The notes beneath the pieces are model-generated. The model searched no databases. It was not told the DNA's origin and worked only from the letters and a program-made list of their open reading frames with translations. From Takakia lepidozioides (Eukaryota; Plantae; Bryophyta): DNA of 38,778 nt. Each line of letters begins with the position of its first letter. The stretch's first letter is position 1. Location: the NCBI GenBank assembly GCA_030704615.1, contig JAKLZA010000284.1, positions 1 to 38,778 of the forward strand, in the 5' to 3' direction. Of this stretch, positions 23,001 to 34,000 are shown one piece after another. Made by a program: the position numbers and the translations under genes.

Positions 23001-23654
23001 TTCTGTAGGCACGACATAATGACCTGTGTATTTGGCAAGCCCAAGTACGGGATTCAGGGAATGCCGGAGCCTCCGGGCGTCTGGCCTGTTGCACCGGGTT
23101 GCAGCCTCTCTCAGAATGAGGCGGATGCTCTATCTGCAGCAGGATTTCGAATGGTGCAACGCACAGACATCCCGGCCCACGCATTTCCGGTTCCTCAGAC
23201 CCAGCCATTGCATACTGCTCGGTCCAGTAGAGACGGATTGGACAATTCTGCACATCCCACAATGCGATTCGGAAGAGTGAAGAGACGACACCCTCCCAAC
23301 AAGTTGAATGAGACTCGGATTGCCAATGCTCTTGGGATGGCTTGCACTATTCAGAGCTCCGTGGACGTACCCCCACCCGGCCTTGGGCGTGTGTATCGGA
23401 TGGCAACGGCCGGCTCGGCTGTACGCGACGATGTATACACAATTACGATTGGAGTGGAGCCGACTTGCAACTGTACGGACTTCTCGTTGATGGAAGCAAA
23501 GAAGGGTTCGAAGTATTATCCGTGCAAGCATCTGTATTACATTTACCTGAAGAGGTTGAGGATGAACGTGACTATTGATGACTTTATTCATGCACCGGCG
23601 TTGAGCGTGAACGAGCTGCACAAACTCCTCCTTAGGGATTCCAGAAATCATTGA
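20062..23654 (+). CDS. 2-exon ~1168-aa Mutator-like DDE transposase with GCM-like Zn-binding DNA-binding domain and C-terminal SWIM finger
   Basis: Exons are 20062-22149 and 22236-23654, with an 86-bp GT-AG phase-0 intron. GCM-like region: DGHPW...RYVVCAGALRC..C...CAHC...C...HVGSHCH. Catalytic core: D (21604), D (21808), CGFH (21892-21903) and TTNMAESVH (E at 22284). SWIM: CNC...CKH. Confidence 0.88.
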
Positions 23655-23809
23655 TGGGGCAAACGGAATCCTCCATATGGATATTTTCAAATGCATTTTG
23701 CTGTATCAGACTTTTTTTTTGCAGTGTAATGAAATGCACCCCAAAACTCCTGGAATGAGGCAATATTCCATTCAAACTGAGATCCAACAGAAGCAGTTCT
23801 GGGGCCATT

Positions 23810-24240
23810 TCTGGAAAAATGGCGCCGAATTTCTCTTTTTGGGGCCGAAAACTCGCTAAGTCCCAACATGCACTGGTACCTGTGTTTGGGAAAATGGCGC
23901 CGAATTTCTCTTTTTGGGGCCGAAAACTGGCTAAGTCCCAACATGCACTGGTACCGTGTCTGGAAAAATGGCGCCGAATTTCTCTTTTTGGGCCGAAAAC
24001 TGGCTAAGTCCGAACATGCACTGGTACAGTGTCTGGAAAAATGGCGCCGAATTTCCCTATTTTGCGCCGAAAACTGGCTAAGTCCGAACATGCACTGGAA
24101 AAATGGCGCCGAATTACCTGTCATGAGGGGACCTATAGCCGCGGAATTCGGCACCATTTTTCGCCAGACAGACCTATTGCCGCGAAATACGTCGCCGTTT
24201 TTTCAGGTTACGGACCCTATTACCGCGAAATTCGGCGCCA
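23810..24240. repeat. Subterminal ~74-bp tandem repeat (~4 units) sharing motifs with the intronic 95-bp repeat
   Basis: AAAATGGCGCCGAATTTC...CCGAAAACTGGCTAAGTCC units at ~23820, 23895, 23969 and 24042, with further partial or inverted cores to 24240. Confidence 0.9.
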
Positions 24241-24453
24241 TATTTGCACATGTCGCTGGGAATTGGCATGAGCGGAAGACGAAATTTCATGAGCACAACT
24301 GTCAAAAGTGCAATTTTCCCTTCAAGGGGCCGAATAATATATTTGTTTTTCCTGACACATTGCATTAAATTATTGTTTTTTATTGTTTTTTTATTGTTTT
24401 TAATTTTCGAAATTTGTACTTCTGCTCATGAAAACCGATTGTGTTACTACTCT

Positions 24454-24507
24454 GCTCATGCCGCTCATGCCGCTCATGCCGCTCATGCTCATGAAATAGC
24501 AAACCTC
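24454..24507 (-). repeat. Right TIR with GCTCATG iterons; followed by TSD CAAATAGG
   Basis: Inverted match to the left end at 10302. Confidence 0.9.
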
Positions 24508-25071
24508 CAAATAGGTGTGATAGCCCAGGAGGGCAAGTGGAAGCACGCGGACTCCTACACATGTCCACAAAATCCCATTTTTAACACAATGATGCAATGC
24601 ACAAGTCCAACGAAGAGGATGTCTCCCATGTGCACTTTGCCTCAAGAACAGCGATTCTCGATATTGAAACAACAATGCAAGCATGCACAGGTTCAACTTA
24701 CTCACAGGCAAAGTCGGAGTCCAGCTCCTTGTCAGAAGTCTCCTCTGTACCAGTATCAGCGGGACGGGGCTTCGGAAGGACCTGAGAAGTGTGTCCACCC
24801 AAACCCATCAGGAGGTTCTTGTAAATCTCAGCATCCCCTTCAATCCCAAAGACATGTCGCGCACTGGCCTTGCAAGCGTGGTACGAAGCACCTGCAGTGG
24901 AATAGAATGAAGTAAGCAGACATTGAAGACACATTCGGAACGGTGGAAAGTGCTGAAAGTGCAAGCTCAATCAAACCTCATGAAATGTGAATGTTGAAGA
25001 GACGAACCTGTGCCCATCGACAAATCCAGAACTCTGGTGTCTGTGTAGGTGCAGCACTCCACAATCGGGAG
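24508..25071 (-). pseudogene. Fragment of the paralogous N6/N4 MTase gene of the older sister element (three exon pieces)
   Basis: Reads LPIVECCTYTDTRVLDLSMGTG | intron 25007-24892 | ASYHACKASARHVFGIEGD...DSDFACE | intron 24701-24555 | SPRASTCPPGLSHLFG. The intron positions and phases match the intact gene. It is truncated by the satellite at ~25072. Confidence 0.85.
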
Positions 25072-28000
25072 GTTGCCGCACACTGTTTGGGCTGACATTG
25101 AAGGGTTCATTTCATCCTCACACAGGTGCCCCTGAAGTCCAAATGTTGCACCCTGAAACATTGAAATGTTCAGCTCAAACAGTGTGCGTTGCCGCACACT
25201 GTTTAAGCTGACAGTGAAGGGTTCATTTCATCATCAGATAGGTGCCCCTGAAGTTCAAATTTTGCACCCTAACACATTGAAAAGGTCTGCTAACACAGTG
25301 TGCGTTGCCGCACACTGTTTGAGCTGGTTGTGAAGGGTTCATTTCAACCTCAGATAACAGACAGCAAAGACCAAATTTTGCACCCTAAAACATTAAAATG
25401 TTCAGCTCAAACAGTGTGCGTTGCCGCACACTGTTTGAGCTGGCAGTGCAGGGTTCATTCCATCCTCAGAAAGGTACCCATGAAGTCCAAATTTTGCACC
25501 CTTAAACATTGAGATGTTCAGCTCAAACAGTGTGCGTTGCCGCACACTGTTTGAGCTGGCAGTGCAGGGTTCATTTCATCCTAAGATAGGTGCCCCTGAA
25601 GTCCAAATTTTGCACCCAGAAACATTGAAATGCTCAGCTCAAACAGTGTGCGTTGCCGCACACTGTTTGGGCTGGCAGTGAAGGGTTCATTTCATCCTCA
25701 AACAGGTGCCCCTGAAGACCAAATTTTTCACCCTGAAACATTGAAATGTTCAGCTCAAACAGTGTGCGTTGCCGCACACTGTCTGAGCTGGCAGTGAAGG
25801 GTTCATTTCACCGTCACATAACAGACAGCAAGACCAAATTTTGCACCCTGAAACATTGAAATGGTCTGCTCAAACAGTGTGCGTTGCCGCACACTGTTTG
25901 AGGTGGATGTGAAGGGTTCATGTCAACCTCAGATAACAGTCCCTGAAGTCCAAATTTTGCACCCAGAAACATTGAAATGCTCAGCTCAAACACTGTGCGT
26001 TGCCGCACACTGTTTGGGCTGACAGTGAAGGGTTCATTTCATCCTCAAACAGGTGCCCCTGATGTCCAAATTTTGAACCCTGAAACATTGAAATGTACAG
26101 CTCAAACAGTGTGCGTTGCCGCACACTGTCTGAGCTGGCAGTGAAGGTTCATTTCAACCTCACATAACAGACACCAAGACCAAATTTTGCACCCTGAAAC
26201 ATTGAAATGTTCAGCTCAAACAGTGTGCGTTGCCGCACACTGTCTGAGCTGGCAGTGAAGGGTTCATTTCACCCTCACATAACAGACAGCAAGACCAAAT
26301 TTTGCACCCTGAAACATTGAAATGTACATCTCAAACAGTGTGCGTTGCCGCACACTGTCTGAGCTGGCAGTGAAGGGTTCATTTCAACCTCACATAACAG
26401 ACACCAAGACCAAATTTTGCACCTTGAAACATTGAAATGTTCAGCTCAAACAGTGTGCGTTGCCGCACACTGTCTGAGCTGGCAGTGAAGGGTTCATTTC
26501 ACCCTCACATAACAGACAGCAAGACCAAATTTTGCACCCTGAAACATTGAAATGGTCTGCTCAAACAATGTGCGTTGCCGCACATTGTTTGAGATGGTTG
26601 TGAAGGGTTCATTTCAACCTCAGATAACAGACCCTGAAGTCCAAATTTTGCACCCAGAAACATTGAAATGTTCAGCTCAAACAGTGTGCGTTGCCGCTCA
26701 CTGTTTGAGCTGGCAGTGCAGGGTTCATTTCAACCTAAGATAACAGACAGTAAAGACCAAATTTTGCACCCTAAAACATTGAAATGGTCTGCTCAAACAG
26801 TGTGCGTTGCCGCACATTATTTGAGGTGGATGTGAAGGGTTCATGTCAACCTCAGATAACAGTCCCTGAAGTCCAAATTTTGCACCCAGAAACATTGAAA
26901 TGCTCAGCTCAAACAGTGTGCGTTGCCGCACACTGTTTGGGCTGACAGTGAAGGGTTCATTTCATCCTCAAACAGGTGCCCCTGATGTCCCAATTTTGCA
27001 CCCTGAAACATTGAAATGTACAGCTCAAACAGTGTGCGTTGCCGCACACTGTCTGAGCTGGCAGTGAAGGGTTCATTTCAACCTCACATAACAGACACCA
27101 AGACCAAATTTTGCACCCTGAAACATTGAAATGTTCAGCTCAAACAGTGTGCGTTGCCGCACACTGTCTGAGCTGGCAGTGAAGGGTTCATTTCAACCTC
27201 ACATAACAGACACCAAGACCAAATTTTGCACCCTGAAACATTGAAATGTACAGCTCAAACAGTGTGCGTTGCCGCACACTGTCTGAGCTGGCAGTGAATG
27301 GTTCATTTCAACCTCACATAACAGACACCAAGACCAAATTTTGCACCCTGAAACATTGAAATGTTCAGCTCAAACAGTGTGCGTTGCCGCACACTGTCTG
27401 AGCTGGCAGTGAAGGGTTCATTTCACCCTCACATAACAGACAGCAAGACCAAATTTTGCACCCTGAAAACATTGAAATGGTCTTCTCAAACAGTGTGCGT
27501 TGCCGTACACTTTTTGAGCTGGTTGTGAAAGGTTCATTCCATCCTCAGAAAGGTACCCATGAAGTCCAAATTTTGCACCCTTAAACATTGAAATGTTCAG
27601 CTCAAACACTGTGCGTTGCCGCACACTGTTTGGGCTGGCAGTGAAGGGTTCATTTCATCCTCAAACAGGTGCCCCTGAAGTCCAAATATTTCACCCTGAA
27701 ACATAGAAATGTTCAGCTCAAACAGTGTGCGTTGCCGCACACTGTCTGAGCTGGCAGTGAAGGGTTCATTTCACCCTCACATAACAGACAGCAAGACCAA
27801 ATTTTGCACCCTGAAAACATTGAAATGGTCTGCTCAAACAGTGTGCGTTGCCGCACACTGTTTGAGCTGGTTGTGAAGGGTTCATTTCAACCTCAAATAA
27901 CAGACCCTGAAGTCCAAATTTTGCACCCAGAAACATTGAAATGTTCAGCTCAAACAGTGTGCGTTGAGCTGGTAGTGAAGGGTTCATTTCACCCTCACAT

Positions 28001-31000
28001 AACAGACAGCAAGACCAAATTTTGCACCCTGAAAACATTGAAATGGTCTTCTCAAATAGTGTGCGTTGCCGCACATTGTCTGAGCTGGCAGTCAAGGGTT
28101 CATTTCAACCTAGAGTAACAAACAGTAAAGACCAAATTTTTTACCCTAAAACATTGAAATGGTCTGCTCAAACAGTGTGCGTTGCCGCACACTGTTTGAG
28201 GTGGATGTGAAGGGTTCATGTCAACCTCAGATAACAGTCCCTGAAGTCCAAATTTTGCACCCAGAAACATTGAAATGCTCAGCTCAAACACTGTGCGTTG
28301 CCGCACACTGTTTGGGCTGACAGTGAAGGGTTCATTTCATCCTCAAACAGGTGCCCTGATGTCCAATTTTGAACCCTGAAACATTGAAATGTACAGCTCA
28401 AACAGTGTGCGTTGCCGCACACTGTCTGAGCTGGCAGTGAAGGGTTCATTTCAACCTCACATAACAGACACCAAGACCAAATTTTGCACCCTGAAACATT
28501 GAAATGTTCAGCTCAAACAGTGTGCGTTGCCGCACACTGTCTGAGCTGGCAGTGAAGGGTTCATTTCACCCTCACATAACAGACAGCAAGACCAAATTTT
28601 GCACCCTGAAACATTGAAATGTACATCGCAAACAGTGTGCGTTGCCGCACACTGTCTGAGCTGGCAGTGAATGGTTCATTTCAACCTCACATAACAGACA
28701 CCAAGACCAAATTTTGCACCTTGAAACATTGAAATGTTCAGCTCAAACAGTGTGCGTTGCCGCACACTGTCTGAGCTGGCAGTGAAGGGTTCATTTCACC
28801 CTCACATAACAGACAGCAAGACCAAATTTTGCACCCTGAAACATTGAAATGGTCTGCTAAAACAATGTGCGTTGCCGCACACTGTTTGAGATGGATGTGA
28901 AGGGTTCATTTCAACCTCAGATAACAGACCCTGAAGTCCAAATTTTGCACCCAGAAACATTGAAATGTTCAGCTCAAACAGTGTGCGTTGCCGCTCACTG
29001 TTTGAGCTGGCAGTGCAGGGTTCATTTCAACCTAAGATAACAGACAGTAAAGACCAAATTTTGCACCCTAAAACATTGAAATGGTCTGCTCAAACAGTGT
29101 GCGTTGCCGCACACTGTTTGAGGTGGATGTGAAGGGTTCATGTCAACCTCAGATAACAGTCCCTGAAGTCCAAATTTTGCACCCAGAAACATTGAAATGC
29201 TCAGCTCAAACAGTGTGCGTTGCCGCACATTGTTTGGGCTGACAGTGAAGGGTTCATTTCATCCTCAAACAGGTGCCCCTGATGTCCCAATTTTGCACCC
29301 TGAAACATTGAAATGTACAGCTCAAACAGTGTGCGTTGCCGCACACTGTCTGAGCTGGCAGTGAAGGGTTCATTTCAACCTCACATAACAGACACCAAGA
29401 CCAAATTTTGCACCCTGAAACATAGAAATGTTCAGCTCAAACAGTGTGCGTTGCCGCACACTGTCTGAGCTGGCAGTGAAGGGTTCATTTCAACCTCACA
29501 TAACAGACACCAAGACCAAATTTTGCACCCTGAAACATTGAAATGTACAGCTCAAACAGTGTGCGTTGCCGCACACTGTCTGAGCTGGCAGTGAAGGGTT
29601 CATTTCAACCTCACATAACAGACACCAAGACCAAATTTTGCACCTGAAACATTGAAATGTTCAGCTCAAACAGTGTGCGTTGCCGCACACTGTCTGAGCT
29701 GGCAGTGAAGGGTTCATTTCACCCTCACATAACAGACAGCAAGACCAAATTTTGCACCCTGAAAACATTGAAATGGTCTTCTCAAACAGTGTGCGTTGCC
29801 GTACACTGTTTGAGCTGGTTGTGAAAGGTTCATTCCATCCTCAGAAAGGTACCCATGAAGTCCAAATTTTGCACCCTTAAACATTGAAATGTTCAGCTCA
29901 AACACTGTGCGTTGCCGCACACTGTTTGGGCTGGCAGTGAATGGTTCATTTCATCCTCAAACAGGTGCCCCTGAAGTCCAAATATTTCACCCTGAAACAT
30001 AGAAATGTTCAGCTCAAACAGTGTGCGTTGCCGCACAATGTCTGAGCTGGCAGTGAAGGGTTCATTTCACCCTCACATAACAGACAGCAAGACCAAATTT
30101 TGCACCCTGAAAACATTGAAATGGTCTGCTCAAACAGTGTGCGTTGCCGCACACTGTTTGAGCTGGTTGTGAAGGGTTCATTTCAACCTCAAATAACAGA
30201 CCCTGAAGTCCAAATTTTGCACCCTGAAAACATTGAAATGGTCTTCTCAAATAGTGTGCGTTGCCGCACACTGTCTGAGCTGGCAGTCAAGGGTTCATTT
30301 CAACCTAGAGTAACAAACAGTAAAGACCAAATTTTTTACCCTAAAACATTGAAATGGTCTGCTCAAACAGTGTGCGTTGCCGCACACTGTTTCAGCTGGT
30401 TGTGAAGGGTTCATTTCAACCTAAGATAACAGACAGTAAAGACCAAATTTTGCACCCTAAAACATTGAAATGGTCTGCTCAAACAGTGTGCGTTGCCGCA
30501 CACTGTTTGAGCTGGTTGTGAAGGGTTCATTTCAACCTCAGATAACAGACCCTGAAGTCCAAATTTTGCACCCAGAAACATTGAAATGTTCAGCTCAAAC
30601 AGTGTGCGTTGCCGCACACTGTTTGAGTTGGCAGTGCAGGGTTCATTCCATCCTTAGAAAGATACCCATGAAGTCCAAATTTTGCACCCTTAAACATTGA
30701 AATGTTCAGCTCAAACACTGTGCGTTGCCCTACACTGTTTGGGCTGGCAGTGAAGGGTTCATTTCATCCTCAAACAGGTGCCCCTGAAGCCCAAATATTT
30801 CACCCTGAAACATAGAAATGTTCAGCTCAAATAGTGTGCGTTGTCGCACTCTGTCTGAGCTGGCAGTGAATGGTTCATTTCACCCTCACATAACAGACAG
30901 CAAGACCAAATTTTGCACCCTGAAAACATTGAAATGGTCTGCTCAAACAGTGTGCGTTGCCGCACACTGTTTGAGCTGGTTGTGAAGGGTTCATTTCAAC

Positions 31001-34000
31001 CTCAAATAACAGACCCTGAAGTTCAAATTTTGCACCCAGAAACATTGAAATGTTCAGCTCAAACAGTGTGCGTTGCCGCACACTGTCTGAGCTGGCAGTG
31101 AAGGGTTCATTTCACCCTCACATAACAGACAGCAAGACCAAATTTTGCACTCTGAAAACATTGAAATGGTCTTCTCAAACAGTGTGCGTTGCAGCACACT
31201 GTCTGAGCTGGCAGTCAAGGGTTCATTTCAACCTAAGGTAACAAACAGTAAAGACCAAATTTTTTACCCTAAAACATTGAAATGGTCTGCTCAAACAGTG
31301 TGCGTTGCCGCACACTGTTTCAGCTGGTTGTGAAATGTTCATTTCAACCTAAGATAACAGACAGTAAAGACCAAATTTTGCACCCTAAAACATTGAAATG
31401 GTCTGCTCAAACAGTGTGCGTTGCCGCACACTGTTTGAGCTGGTTGTGAAGGGTTCATTTCAACCTCAGATAACAGACCCTGAAGTCCAAATTTTGCACC
31501 CAGAAACATTGAAATGTTCAGCTTAAACAGTGTGCGTTGCCGCACACTGTTTGAGCTGGCAGTGCAGGGTTCATTCCATCCTCAGAAAGATACCCATGAA
31601 GTCCAAATTTTGCACCCTTAAACATTGAAATGTTCAGCTCAAATACTGTACGTTGCCGCACACTGTTTGGGCTGGCAGTGAAGGGTTCATTTCATCCTCA
31701 AACAGGTGCCCCTGAAGTCCAAATATTTCACCCTGAAACATAGAAATGTTCAGCTCAAACAGTGTGCGTTGTCGCACACTGTCTGAGCTGGCAGTGAAGG
31801 GTTCATTTCACCCTCACATAACAGACAGCAAGACCAAATTTTGCACCCTGAAAACATTGATATGGTCTGCTCAAACAGTGTGCGTTGCCGCACACTGTTT
31901 GAGCTGGTTGTGAAAGGTTCATTTCAACCTCAGATAACAGACCCTGAAGTCCAAATTTTGCACCCAGAAACATTGAAATGTTCAGCTCAAACAGTGTGCG
32001 TTGCCGCACACTGTTTGAGGTGGATGTGAAGGGTTCATGTCAACCTCAGATAACAGTCCCTGAAGTCCAAATTTTGCACCCAGAAACATTGAAATGCTCA
32101 GCTCAAACAGTGTGCGTTGCCGCACATTGTTTGGGCTGACAGTGAAGGGTTCATTTCATCCTCAAACAGGTGCCCCTGATGTCCCAATTTTGCACCCTGA
32201 AACATTGAAATGTACAGCTCAAACAGTGTGCGTTGCCGCACACTGTCTGAGCTGGCAGTGAAGGGTTCATTTCAACCTCACATAACAGACACCAAGACCA
32301 AATTTTGCACCCTGAAAACATTGAAATGTCAGCTCAAACAGTGTGCGTTGCCGCACACTGTCTGAGCTGGCAGTGAAGGGTTCATTTCAACCTCACATAA
32401 CAGACACCAAGACCAAATTTTGCACCCTGAAACATTGAAATGTACAGCTCAAACAGTGTGCGTTGCCGCACACTGTCTGAGCTGGCAGTGAAGGGTTCAT
32501 TTCAACCTCACTAACAGACACCAAGACCAAATTTTGCACCCTGAAACATTGAAATGTTCAGCTCAAACAGTGTGCGTTGCCGCACACTGTCTGAGCTGGC
32601 AGTGAAGGGTTCATTTCCACCTCACATAACAGACAGCAAGACCAATTTTGCACCCTGAAAACATTGAAATGGTCTTCTCAAACAGTGTGCGTTGCGTACA
32701 CTGTTTGAGCTGGTTGTGAAAGGTTCATTCCATCCTCAGAAATGTACCCATGAAGTCCAATTTTGCACCCTTAAACATTGAAATGTTCAGCTCAAACACT
32801 GTGCGTTGCCGCACACTGTTTGGGCTGGCAGTGAAGGGTTCATTTCATCCTCAAACAGGCCCTGAAGTCCAAATATTTCACCCTGAAACATAGAAATGTT
32901 CAGCTCAAACAGTGTGCGTTGCCGCAACACTGTCTGAGCTGGCAGTGAAGGGTTTCATTTCACCTCACATAACAGACAGCAAGACCAAATTTTGCACCCT
33001 GAAAACATTGAAATGGTCTGCTCAAACAGTGTGCGTTGCCGCACACTGTTTGAGCTGGTTGTGAAGGGTTCATTTCAACCTCAAATAACAGACCCTGAAG
33101 TCCAAAATTTTGCACCCTGAAAACATTGAAATGGTCTTCTCAAATAGTGTGCGTTGCCGCACCACTGTCTGAGCTGGCAGTCAAGGGTTCATTTCAACCT
33201 AGAGTTAACAAACAGTAAAGACCAAATTTTTTACCCTAAAAACATTGAAATGGTCTGCTCAAACAGTGTGCGTTGCCGCACACTGTTTCAGCTGGTTGTG
33301 AAGGGTTCATTTCAACCTAAGATAACAGACAGTAAAGACCAAATTTTGCACCCTAAACATTGAAATGGTCTGCTCAAACAGTGTGCGTTGCCGCACACTG
33401 TTTGAGCTGGTTGTGAAGGGTTCATTTCAACCTCAGATAACAGCTGAAGTCCAAATTTTGCACCCAGAAACATTGAAATGTTCAGCTCAAACAGTGTGCG
33501 TTGCCGCACACTGTTTGAGTTGGCAGTGCAGGGTTCATTCCATCCTTAGAAAGATACCCATGAAGTCCAAATTTGCACCCCTTAAACATTGAAATGTTCA
33601 GCTCAAACACTGTGCGTTGCCCTACACTGTTTGGGCTGGCAGTGAAGGGTTCATTTCATCCTCAAACAGGTGCCCCTGAAACCCAAATATTTCACCCTGA
33701 AACATAGAAATGTTCAGCTCAAATAGTGTGCGTTGTCGCACTCTGTCTGAGCTGGCAGTGAATGGTTCATTTCACCCTCACATAACAGACAGCAAGACCA
33801 AATTTTGCACCCTGAAACATTGAAATGGTCTGCTCAAACAGTGTGCGTTGCCGCACACTGTTTGAGCTGGTTGTGAAGGGTTCATTTCAACCTCAAATAA
33901 CAGACCCTGAAGTCCAAATTTTGCACCCAGAAACATTGAAATGTTCAGCTCAAACAGTGTGCGTTGCCGCACACTGTCTGAGCTGGCAGTGAAGGGTTCA

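Larger units (their letters stand above)
10302..24507. mobile_element. Intact ~14.2-kb Mutator-superfamily DNA transposon carrying a GCM/SWIM transposase and a ParB-N6/N4 DNA methyltransferase gene
   Basis: TIRs GGGGGCTGCTATTTCATGAGC (left) and GCTCATGAAATAGCAAACCTC (right) with CATGAGC iterons. The flanking direct repeat is CAAATAGG (10294-10301 and 24508-24515). It contains two open, spliceable, divergent genes. Confidence 0.9.
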
